Of a stretch of DNA of 64,000 bases, positions 9,671 through 17,745 are shown in pieces. Where the stretch lies: assembly GCA_052034235.1 (NCBI GenBank), contig JBPOIT010000012.1:34161-98160 (forward strand). Reading direction: 5' to 3'. The position numbers were made by a program, and so were the translations under genes. The stretch's first letter is position 1. Every line of letters begins with the position of its first letter. Under the pieces are notes generated by a model. That model did no database searches. It had not been told where the DNA came from and saw only the letters and a program-made list of their open reading frames with translations. The stretch is from Candidatus Levyibacteriota bacterium (GTDB lineage Bacteria > Patescibacteriota > Microgenomatia > Levybacterales > UBA12049).

Positions 9671-10132
9671 TTAATGGATACTTTGCTCACGGGCAATTTG
9701 AAGAGAGCGTTTTTCCTCATCAGATAACTCATGATCAAGGCCCTTTCCTTTTTTAACCCGCTTTGCATACCATCTCGTTCCTGATCTTGAGTAGAGCGCT
9801 GTGATGACGACCCCGGTGTCTTGTGCATCTAAGAGCGCGAGTATAAAACTCTGATCCCCTCCAGTGTCTTTGAACGGATTAAACCGTAACAGACCGATCT
9901 TTTGGACGTGGAACTGTTGATGTTTTTCTATTGTATCACACCTGCTGATTAGTAGATCAATATCCTTTTTGGCAATCTGCAAACCTCTGGTCAAATTTGT
10001 CAGGACTTCTTCAAGTGTTTTTTTATTCGCTCCTTCGGTCAACATGTCGTAATGTCTCTTCATTCGGAAGAAATAGTAACTTAATGCTGCTAACCAAAGA
10101 GTAAGAATAATGATAATTATTGTTGTAAACAT
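9671..10132 (-). CDS. DUF4446 family protein
   Basis: N-terminal TM, coiled coil, KIGLLRFNPFKDTGGDQSF, YAK, LSDEE. Confidence 0.85.
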   Translation of the reverse strand: MFTTIIIIILTLWLAALSYYFFRMKRHYDMLTEGANKKTLEEVLTNLTRGLQIAKKDIDLLISRCDTIEKHQQFHVQKIGLLRFNPFKDTGGDQSFILALLDAQDTGVVITALYSRSGTRWYAKRVKKGKGLDHELSDEEKRSLQIAREQSIH

Positions 10133-10188
10133 GTGCGTGGTTTCGTGTTATTTTCGACGTTTTTTTGCAATGCTGATCAGTCTGTACC

Positions 10189-10229
10189 ATATTAGCCTCT
10201 TGACAGCCTCAGTGTCAATAGTGTAATCT
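10189..10229. promoter_or_regulatory. Overlapping divergent sigma70 promoters (TTGACA-N7-TGTCAA)
   Basis: TTGACA 10200-10205 (+) with TGTAAT/TAATCT at 10222-10229; TTGACA on minus at 10218-10213 with TAATAT at 10194-10189. Confidence 0.5.
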
Positions 10230-10239
10230 AGGCACACTC

Positions 10240-10527
10240 ATGCCTAAAAGGAAAAAGACACGTAAGCAAAAAACAATGGCGGATGTAAGGCGCCAAACGG
10301 ATCAAAACGTTACGTATACTACTGCCACTATTGAGCCAAAAACTCAATTGCCGCAGGAGCATGTAGCAATGACACAGCCACTTCATCAACCAGTCCGCCA
10401 AACAGTTCAGCGAAATATTATAACTGCTGATTATCATTACCTCGGGAGAGATCTTACGAAAACATTGGTATTAACTGGGATTATCATAATCATTCAGCTT
10501 GCACTTAAATTTGGAATCGGTATGTAA
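10240..10527 (+). CDS. Hypothetical protein with basic N-terminus and C-terminal TM helix
   Basis: MPKRKKTRKQK...YLGRDLTKT then hydrophobic helix; promoter upstream. Confidence 0.75.
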   Translation: MPKRKKTRKQKTMADVRRQTDQNVTYTTATIEPKTQLPQEHVAMTQPLHQPVRQTVQRNIITADYHYLGRDLTKTLVLTGIIIIIQLALKFGIGM

Positions 10528-10619
10528 CAGAGGGCTTTGCCTCTTTAAAACAATACATACATTTTATGAGGAATAACGATTTAGCTATTGAAACCCCACT
10601 CCGTAAGTAATGCGGTGTG

Positions 10620-10630
10620 AAAGGAGGTGA
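10620..10630 (+). promoter_or_regulatory. Full-length Shine-Dalgarno sequence AAAGGAGGTGA
   Basis: Perfect complement of the canonical 16S 3' tail, 7 nt before ATG 10638. Confidence 0.85.
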
Positions 10631-10637
10631 TTATATT

Positions 10638-10781
10638 ATGGCATCAATGTATTGTGTAAAATGTCGTGCTAAGAAAGAAGTTAGTGACCCAGAAAAGGTT
10701 ACTATGAAAAACGGAAAGCCAGCACTGAAGGCAAAATGTCCAGATTGTGGTACAGGTATGTACAAAATTGGCTCAAAATAA
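10638..10781 (+). CDS. 47-aa Lys-rich zinc-ribbon protein, DUF5679-like (absent from ORF track)
   Basis: Translated by hand: MASMYCVKCRAKKEVSDPEKVTMKNGKPALKAKCPDCGTGMYKIGSK; two CxxC pairs, perfect SD, terminator downstream. Confidence 0.9.
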   Translation: MASMYCVKCRAKKEVSDPEKVTMKNGKPALKAKCPDCGTGMYKIGSK

Positions 10782-10792
10782 AACCGTTACTC

Positions 10793-10823
10793 TCCTTGAA
10801 GATATATAAAAAAACTTCAAGGA
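10793..10823 (+). other. 3' UTR hairpin, perfect 9-bp stem
   Basis: TCCTTGAAG (10793-10801) and CTTCAAGGA (10815-10823), 13-nt loop. Confidence 0.65.
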
Positions 10824-10830
10824 ACACGAT

Positions 10831-10867
10831 GAAAAAACCCCGCTGCAAGGCGGGGTTTTTCTTTTTT
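10831..10867 (+). terminator. Intrinsic terminator
   Basis: AAAAACCCCGC-T-GCAA-G-GCGGGGTTTTT followed by CTTTTTT; GNRA loop. Confidence 0.9.
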
Positions 10868-10908
10868 GCTTGACCTCTTTTCATGCAAATGAAACAATAA
10901 ATACAGCT

Positions 10909-12513
10909 ATGTTTCATGCAATCGTTAAAGCATTCAGAGCAGTAGACGCATTCTTAACCGTGTGTGAGAATTATACTGAGCAGCGGATATGGAACGGGAA
11001 ATTTATTTATGATTTGAAGTTTCTTACTGCGACAAAGAATCTCGAGCTGCAGGAAGTCTCAGAAAAGAAAACCAAAGCACTCCAGGCATCAAGTAGTTAT
11101 ATCGCATTCATAGCGCATCTTAAAAAGATTCAGGCATTCCTGCTGCGTCACCCGCTTCTTTCTGATCCGCTCATCTTGATAACTGAGAATCTGCGGTTTT
11201 GCAGTAAATATTTCGCACATTATCTCATTATCATCATCAGTGGACTTGCTTCTTCATATCTGCTTCTCATGACATTTCGCTTCGCTCCGGCTTCATTTGT
11301 GGGATTATCGCTGCCGCTACTTTATATAAACCATTTATTCCTTTCATGCTTTTTTATCTTTATTGAAAACAAAGAACAGGGAGCTCCCCTTTCACTTAGT
11401 GGCATATTCAGTAGTCTCAAACAATCGCTAGCCGCAAATACCTTTATTTTTCTGCTTCAGAATTCACTCCTTATTATTGCAGGAGTTTTTATTTTGAGTG
11501 TTTCTTATCTTATGAATATGTTCTTTTCCACACCGGAAACTATTTGGTATACGTCATTTTTCTATCTGCTGCCTATTGTGGCTGTCTGTTTGGTACTCGG
11601 AGTCATGTTATATTTTGCAGAAATCATTCTTGCCTTCTGTTATCCGTTTATCCTTCATGAGAAGAAAACTGCCCATCATGCGCTGAAGCAAAGTATACAT
11701 GCATTTCATACCAACCCGCGCTATTCACTCTATTTCTATCTTCTTCTAAGCCTCGTCTCAATACTCTTTCTCGTCAATATAACGACCAGGACATATGAAG
11801 GTGGATTTATTGTGGCAGCACTGTTTATCAGTCATGCATTTTTGTTTTTGGGTTTTATCGTGCGACGCAACTATTTTGAGAAGGAACAAGCACTTGCGCA
11901 TGAAGTCTTTTCAGAAAATTCATTTCAATTTACAAAGCTGGCGTTGATAATAGGCGTTTTTTCCTACTTTTCAGCAGGAGCACTTTTTGTAAAATTGCAG
12001 CCTGAAGTGCTCAACTATCTTGAAGATCTCCGTCCAACACTTGCAGAATCTTATCAGTATGCAACGTATACAAATAAAACGGCAGGATTTCGTATCAATT
12101 ATCCTCAGTCGTGGACGCTCTATACATGGAGTGAGACTTCAGCAAGTATCGTTACCAATGCCACTGGAACGACGGTAGGAAGTGTTAAAGTAAATGTTGA
12201 CGTACGAACAGTTGAAGATTCACCTTTTGAAGCATTTTATCTGGCAAACCCCGGACTCATCAATTATGATACCGAAACGGGAAATGCAGAAACAAAAATT
12301 TCAAATACAACGATCAACAAGCTCAACGCCGTTAAGTATATAGCTTTGAATAATGATACAGGCAAACTGGAATTCCAAACACATTATCTTATTAAAAACG
12401 GTGATGTCATCTACGATATCGCGCTCCTAACATACAAAAAAGAAACTGAAGAAGCATATATGGAAATTTATGAACTGATGGTTAAGAGTTTTACGATTCC
12501 GTCTCAAGAGTAG
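10909..12513 (+). CDS. Multi-pass membrane protein with C-terminal PsbP-like extracellular domain (start uncertain; ORF open from 10870)
   Basis: About 7 hydrophobic helices, then YATYTNKTAGFRINYPQSW typical of PsbP/Mog1-like domains. Confidence 0.65.
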   Translation: MFHAIVKAFRAVDAFLTVCENYTEQRIWNGKFIYDLKFLTATKNLELQEVSEKKTKALQASSSYIAFIAHLKKIQAFLLRHPLLSDPLILITENLRFCSKYFAHYLIIIISGLASSYLLLMTFRFAPASFVGLSLPLLYINHLFLSCFFIFIENKEQGAPLSLSGIFSSLKQSLAANTFIFLLQNSLLIIAGVFILSVSYLMNMFFSTPETIWYTSFFYLLPIVAVCLVLGVMLYFAEIILAFCYPFILHEKKTAHHALKQSIHAFHTNPRYSLYFYLLLSLVSILFLVNITTRTYEGGFIVAALFISHAFLFLGFIVRRNYFEKEQALAHEVFSENSFQFTKLALIIGVFSYFSAGALFVKLQPEVLNYLEDLRPTLAESYQYATYTNKTAGFRINYPQSWTLYTWSETSASIVTNATGTTVGSVKVNVDVRTVEDSPFEAFYLANPGLINYDTETGNAETKISNTTINKLNAVKYIALNNDTGKLEFQTHYLIKNGDVIYDIALLTYKKETEEAYMEIYELMVKSFTIPSQE

Positions 12514-13039
12514 AAGGTCCAATAATGATATCTGGATTTGCCCGCCCGCGCTCGTCTGTATCCATTCCGTACCCTTCAAGCCATACATCAGGCAGTACAA
12601 ATCCTACGTATTCAGGTTCATACACGGCTTCACGTTTTGACGATTTGGAAATCAAGACACATGATTTGACAGATGCAGCTCCACGTTCTGTAAAGAGTTC
12701 TGCCAGATACCCCAAACTCACACCAGTGTCAAACACATCATCAACGAGTAAAATATGTTTGTCCTTTGGATCAAAATCAATATCATGAACAAGTTTAGGC
12801 TCTTTTGATGATTCAGTTCCCGTGACATAAGTGCGTAGTGTAATAAAACACAACCGTTGGTGTGTACAGTTCGCTTGGTACAACGCCCGTTCCAAATCAG
12901 CTGTAAAGACATGTGCTCCTTTGAGAATGCTGACGAGCATAAAGGGCTGCTTTTTATAATCTATGCTAATACGTGAAGCGAGCTCTTTCACTTTTTGGGC
13001 AATGTCTTCTGCTTTAACCAGTATTTTTTGCTCTGTCAT
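12491..13039 (-). CDS. hpt: Hypoxanthine-guanine phosphoribosyltransferase
   Basis: ILKGA.VF..DL, PRPP loop LLVDDVFDTGVSL, GYGMD. Confidence 0.85.
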   Translation of the reverse strand: MTEQKILVKAEDIAQKVKELASRISIDYKKQPFMLVSILKGAHVFTADLERALYQANCTHQRLCFITLRTYVTGTESSKEPKLVHDIDFDPKDKHILLVDDVFDTGVSLGYLAELFTERGAASVKSCVLISKSSKREAVYEPEYVGFVLPDVWLEGYGMDTDERGRANPDIIIGPSTLETES

Positions 13040-14598
13040 GGGGTCTCTGTTCTTTCTGTGTAGGGAACGAGTTTAAACACTTTCACCACTGAAACATCTG
13101 ATTCTTTTATGATAGCCGCTCTTCCAAATGCTGCCACATCAAATAATGGATGGCCAAGCGGTTTGCAATGTATTTCTTCACAGACTACAAGAAGCTGCCC
13201 CGTGACAGTTTTACGCTGAGGATCGTTGATCGGATTATCAAGCTGCACAGGTTTATACCCCAGAATATCCAAATAATATCTGTAGGCATGATCTGAATTC
13301 CCACCAGAAATTAAAGCAAAATTATACGGTTTATCCTCGGTTTGTTTTATCACAAATTCTGCAATTTTTTTCACCTGATCACGCTGTCTATTGGGTTCAT
13401 TTTGAAATTTATGATGCGAAAGCAAAAAGCCAAACATACCTAAAAAGATAACCATACTTACCGTTATGCCGATAAAGTGCCGTTTTTTTGCAGTGCCAAT
13501 ATCATATATTCGGGAGAGCAAATTACCCGTCAGAAGAAACGGCAGCGGGAAAATAAACGTGAAAAGATAATCATAGACTTCCTTCTTATAAAAGCCGAAA
13601 AAGAATACGCCCAGAAAAAGCCACATCGCAAGAAGCATGGTGACAAATTTATTTTTGGTGAGAAACAGATACACAATTGAGGCAATTGCAATGACCATCG
13701 CGAGTAGTCCCCAGAATTGCAACGTAAGCAGTGGTACCTGCATAAATCTGTCAGGTGTTGGGAAGTCTACAAGAAGACGTGCAAAGATGCGGAAAAAGAC
13801 ATCGGAAATCGTTCCAAAAAAGGTGCCTCCTACTTCTGATTCTTTGGTTAAGGTATCGCCAAAAATGAATTTGCTAATTGCCCGAGTATTTTGAAATTCG
13901 TGACGGAATTCAAATGCGATAAATGGTGAAAAGCCAATCAAAAATCCGGCAAAAACAAACACATAATGTCTGAGTGTTTCAAGCACTTTTATTCTGGTAT
14001 TCATGAGCCACTCGGCAAAGAAGATATAGAAAAAGATACTAACGGCAAGAAAGAGCGAAAGATAATGCAGCTGCATACAAATTCCAAGTAAAAAGCCACT
14101 GAAAACGAAATACTTCCACGGTCGAGCAGAAGCAATGCCCTTAAAGACCATGTAAAGCGTCAGAAGTGAGAAAAACGGCAACACGTTAGGATTCCATGAC
14201 GAGTGTGAATAGTTAATAACTAGCGGAGAAACTGCGTAGAGTCCAGCCGCAAAAAGTCCAGCCCGTGTATCAAAAAACTTCTTTCCAACGAAATAGATAA
14301 GAAGTACAGCCGCTGTACTAAAAAGCGCAACCATGATTGCAGGTCCCACGGGATCAAGTTTAAAGAGCCACAGAAACGGCGTGATCATATAATAATACGC
14401 CGGTCCCATAAAGAAGTCTCCAGCCGAGGAACGAGGCCCCAGAAGTGTAAAATCGCCTTCAAGAATACTTTTGGCGACAAGGACATCTCTCCCCTCATCT
14501 CCGAGAAATGTCATATAGTCCGAAATTCGATAAAGCCGCATAAACGCAGCCAAAAGCAAAATCCCCCCCAACAAAACCCATGAAAGCTTCTTATTCAT
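13036..14598 (-). CDS. ArnT/PMT-2-like GT-C membrane glycosyltransferase
   Basis: FLGDEGRD after TM1, GPAYYY, SWNPN, QLH; more than 10 TM helices. Confidence 0.85.
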   Translation of the reverse strand: MNKKLSWVLLGGILLLAAFMRLYRISDYMTFLGDEGRDVLVAKSILEGDFTLLGPRSSAGDFFMGPAYYYMITPFLWLFKLDPVGPAIMVALFSTAAVLLIYFVGKKFFDTRAGLFAAGLYAVSPLVINYSHSSWNPNVLPFFSLLTLYMVFKGIASARPWKYFVFSGFLLGICMQLHYLSLFLAVSIFFYIFFAEWLMNTRIKVLETLRHYVFVFAGFLIGFSPFIAFEFRHEFQNTRAISKFIFGDTLTKESEVGGTFFGTISDVFFRIFARLLVDFPTPDRFMQVPLLTLQFWGLLAMVIAIASIVYLFLTKNKFVTMLLAMWLFLGVFFFGFYKKEVYDYLFTFIFPLPFLLTGNLLSRIYDIGTAKKRHFIGITVSMVIFLGMFGFLLSHHKFQNEPNRQRDQVKKIAEFVIKQTEDKPYNFALISGGNSDHAYRYYLDILGYKPVQLDNPINDPQRKTVTGQLLVVCEEIHCKPLGHPLFDVAAFGRAAIIKESDVSVVKVFKLVPYTERTETP

Positions 14599-14659
14599 AA
14601 CAAACAACTACCACCCATTTTAATATAACTGTGGAGGATATACAATCGAAAGCGGTGTA

Positions 14660-17377
14660 CTAATACACGTATGCGGAGAGATCTGTTGTAGACCAGGTTG
14701 GACCTGTTGTCCAGTTGCTTGGTAGCGTTGTCAGATTTGTTTCTTGACTCCCAACACTTGTTCCACCAGATGCTTTATCTCTGAAGCGCACTATGCCGCG
14801 GTTTCTGGGACTGAGAACAGCAATCCAGTAGTTTGTTCCTTGTGTTATGGTTGTAGTCGGAAGCGTCAATATATTCCAACTGCCTTCTACTGTATTTGTG
14901 ATTTCAGCTTGCGAGAGAAGCGTTCCTGGGTTACCATTGTTGTCTGTATAGATACCCACCCGAACGCGAGTTGCAGCATTATCGTTATTGAGATAGAGAG
15001 CAATTGTATTTGCAGTACCTGATGTGAGAGCAGTGTACTTGAATGCTTCAGCTGAACCTGCACCGTTTGAGTCTTGATATGCTTCAAGTGTATCATTACC
15101 CACGAGTACTGTCGGGAGTGGTCCATCGGGGGTCATATTGACATACATTGAAAAGAGCTGATTTGTCATCGTCGGATTATTTGGAAAGCTTAATGGCCAG
15201 GCTCCAAAGTTTTGAGCATAATACGCTCCAATATTCTGCTCTGATGTTGTAATGTATAAATTATTCACATCATCACTTGAGGCGTTTGTGTTATACATTA
15301 ACCAATACGATGTTAGTGGACTAAAGGAGGCCGTAATGGGAAGTGTATTCCAGCTATTTGCTGTTAGCGTTCCTACAGTTGTTTCAGCAATCTTCGTTCC
15401 TGGCTTGCCATTTGCTTTGGTAGTATATATCGCCATTTGATACTCATTATTCGGTGAAGTATCTATATCTCCTACATACGCCGAGATACTCTCAACCGTT
15501 CCTCCAACAGGTCCTACAGTAAATTTTGTTCCGTTCATGACGTTCCGATTATGACTATCTTCAAATTCTCCGGGTGTCGGATAACCGATTGGTTGGGAAT
15601 ACTGCTTAATTCCGAAATGTACGGTTGTGTTTGCAGTCAGTGGAACTAAGACAGGATTGGTTGTTACCGCTGTATAGCCATTCGGCATCGTAAGTGTGAC
15701 GGTATAATTGCCGACTGGAAGAGCTGACAACTCATATGCTCCTGTTGTGTTTGTATTTACCGTTTGGCTTCCATCTCCTATAAGAATGACTTCAGCTCCC
15801 TCATATCCATTTTCTCCACTATCTTGAAATCCATTTTGGTTAATATCAACATACACACTTCCATTGATGACATACGTTGGGACAGATGTTGGAGTAGGTG
15901 TATCTGTCAGCGTTGGAGTTGGGGTATCCGTTGGTGAAGGGGTGGGCGTGTCTGTAGGGGTCGGTGTTGCTTGTAATTTCCATAGCTTCCATTCTTGCTC
16001 CCAGCCACAAGATTCGCAATTTGTACTAAATAATAACGAGTTATCAAATACGGTGTTTGGGGTGGGATAATTTGAACTGTTTCCTGGATTTAAATCTGCA
16101 ACAATTGAGGTTCCATTTGCAGTACCATCACTTTGCCAAATTTCAGTTCCATGCACACCATCATCTGCGCTGAAATAAATTGTAGTACCAAATACAATAG
16201 GTCTATTAAAATTAGGGAATGCATTATTTCCCGGATAGACATCTTTCACCATGCTGACTCCTGTACCATCAGTTTTCCAAAGTTCATAACCATGACTGTC
16301 ATCTCTAGCTGTAAAATACAAATTATTTCCCATAGAAGCAGTTACTTGAGGAATAGGCATTTGAAGCTGCGTTATTTGTACAGTCCCTGCTGCTGTACCA
16401 TCAGTTTTCCAAAGCGATGAACCTTGGCCATTACAATTGTTTACAAAAATGACATTATTATTTGAAAATCCTAGTACAAATGCAGCTGAATATTGAGTGC
16501 ATGGGTTGACATCAGCAACCATGGTTGTACCTGTTTCGGTTCCATCACTCTGCCACACTTCTTGTCCGTGTATTCCATCATTGGCTGTAAAGTATAATCG
16601 GTTATCGATGTCTTTTAACTCACTGTCACCTGTTGCTGAACCAAGCGTATTGAGGTTAATAAATGAATTCGCGCTGCCTGGATTAATATCCTGGACAATA
16701 TATGTGCCGGCCTCAGTTCCATCACTGCGCCATAATTCTTCGCCATTAATCGGGTCAGAACCGATAAAATACGCAACACCATTGAGTGTTGTCCCTGGAT
16801 TGTTGACTATCCGAACATCACTTATTTGATATGTGCCGGCCTCAGTTCCATCACTACGCCATAAATGAATTGAAGGATTACCGTTCGAACCCGTGTTTAC
16901 ATTAAATATAGTAGTATTGTTTATTGCAGTTAATAAAGGTTCGCCTGAGCTGATGCCTGCTGACGGATTAACAGCTGTAACCCGAACAGTCCCTTCAGAT
17001 GTACCGTCACTTTTCCAAAGTTGTTGTGTCCATCCGTCCGCGGTCATAAAAAAAAGCGTTCCATTGACGTCAGTCAATGAAACTGGTCCCTGAGTGCCAG
17101 GAAAAGATTTTACCATTGTGGTACCGGTCTCTGTTCCATCGCTCTTCCAAAGATTACATCCGGTTCCATCGTTCGCTCCAAAAAACACAAGATTGCCTGC
17201 ATGTACCACACCGAATTTAACGGCTGAGGGACATCGTGTAAGGGTTGGTGATATAGATGTAGTGGTTGCTGCAATCGTGACTGAAGTGGGAGTAACTAAA
17301 GAATAAATAATAGCAGCCAAAACTAAAGATAAAGTGCGAAATATAATCTTATTTTTTTTTATTCTGAATGCATTCAT
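14660..17377 (-). CDS. Secreted ELWxxDGT-repeat protein with PT linker, SdrD-B-like domain and two C-terminal beta-sandwich domains (DUF4082-like)
   Basis: Signal peptide; about 8 (L/V/I)W(K/R/Q)(S/T)DGT repeats; TPTPTDTPTP linker; GSVYVDINQNG..D.GE; ORF open from 17401, ATG 17377 preferred. Confidence 0.85.
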   Translation of the reverse strand: MNAFRIKKNKIIFRTLSLVLAAIIYSLVTPTSVTIAATTTSISPTLTRCPSAVKFGVVHAGNLVFFGANDGTGCNLWKSDGTETGTTMVKSFPGTQGPVSLTDVNGTLFFMTADGWTQQLWKSDGTSEGTVRVTAVNPSAGISSGEPLLTAINNTTIFNVNTGSNGNPSIHLWRSDGTEAGTYQISDVRIVNNPGTTLNGVAYFIGSDPINGEELWRSDGTEAGTYIVQDINPGSANSFINLNTLGSATGDSELKDIDNRLYFTANDGIHGQEVWQSDGTETGTTMVADVNPCTQYSAAFVLGFSNNNVIFVNNCNGQGSSLWKTDGTAAGTVQITQLQMPIPQVTASMGNNLYFTARDDSHGYELWKTDGTGVSMVKDVYPGNNAFPNFNRPIVFGTTIYFSADDGVHGTEIWQSDGTANGTSIVADLNPGNSSNYPTPNTVFDNSLLFSTNCESCGWEQEWKLWKLQATPTPTDTPTPSPTDTPTPTLTDTPTPTSVPTYVINGSVYVDINQNGFQDSGENGYEGAEVILIGDGSQTVNTNTTGAYELSALPVGNYTVTLTMPNGYTAVTTNPVLVPLTANTTVHFGIKQYSQPIGYPTPGEFEDSHNRNVMNGTKFTVGPVGGTVESISAYVGDIDTSPNNEYQMAIYTTKANGKPGTKIAETTVGTLTANSWNTLPITASFSPLTSYWLMYNTNASSDDVNNLYITTSEQNIGAYYAQNFGAWPLSFPNNPTMTNQLFSMYVNMTPDGPLPTVLVGNDTLEAYQDSNGAGSAEAFKYTALTSGTANTIALYLNNDNAATRVRVGIYTDNNGNPGTLLSQAEITNTVEGSWNILTLPTTTITQGTNYWIAVLSPRNRGIVRFRDKASGGTSVGSQETNLTTLPSNWTTGPTWSTTDLSAYVY
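16700..16864. repeat. Near-identical 36-nt direct repeat inside the ELWxxDGT gene
   Basis: ATATGTGCCGGCCTCAGTTCCATCACT[G/A]CGCCATAA at 16700-16735 and 16829-16864, one mismatch. Confidence 0.9.
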
Positions 17378-17453
17378 TACTGTAAAAAATAATAGTATCA
17401 TTGATGACTTGCGTTGTAAAGATGACGCATTACATCATCTAAAATCTTGATGA

Positions 17454-17732
17454 ACACTATTAGTTATCTCAGATAAAAAGACTTCTCTATATGAGCGAGG
17501 GTTAAGCCCAAACAAACTACTAGTTCTTAATAAAACTCCTACATGGCCAGGAATGACCGGTAAGGAAGACTTAATAATCATCAACACTGAACTACTCCCT
17601 GTTCTTGGAGCGAAAGCTGAGGTTTATAATAATAAAATCGAAAAATTAAACAAAAATGAAAATTACCAATTAGCCATAAACCAAGATGGAGTTCTTATCT
17701 ACAGAAAAAAATCTTTTACCTTAAGCGAATAA
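17454..17732 (+). pseudogene. Probable 3' gene remnant resembling the soluble tail of a GT-C/DUF2079-like protein
   Basis: Stop-free frame of 92 codons with no good upstream start (first ATG 17553); ends DLIIIN...YQLAINQDGVLIYRKK. Confidence 0.4.
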
Positions 17733-17745
17733 CCAACCATTTACA

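Noticed and set aside
10702-10917. 71-aa minus-strand ORF in the track
   Set aside because: Runs through the terminator and antisense to the well-supported 47-aa zinc-ribbon gene
15886-15970. Periodic sequence here and at 34460-34570 as CRISPR or tandem DNA repeats
   Set aside because: They encode Pro-Thr linkers with varied synonymous codons; no repeat-spacer structure and no cas genes
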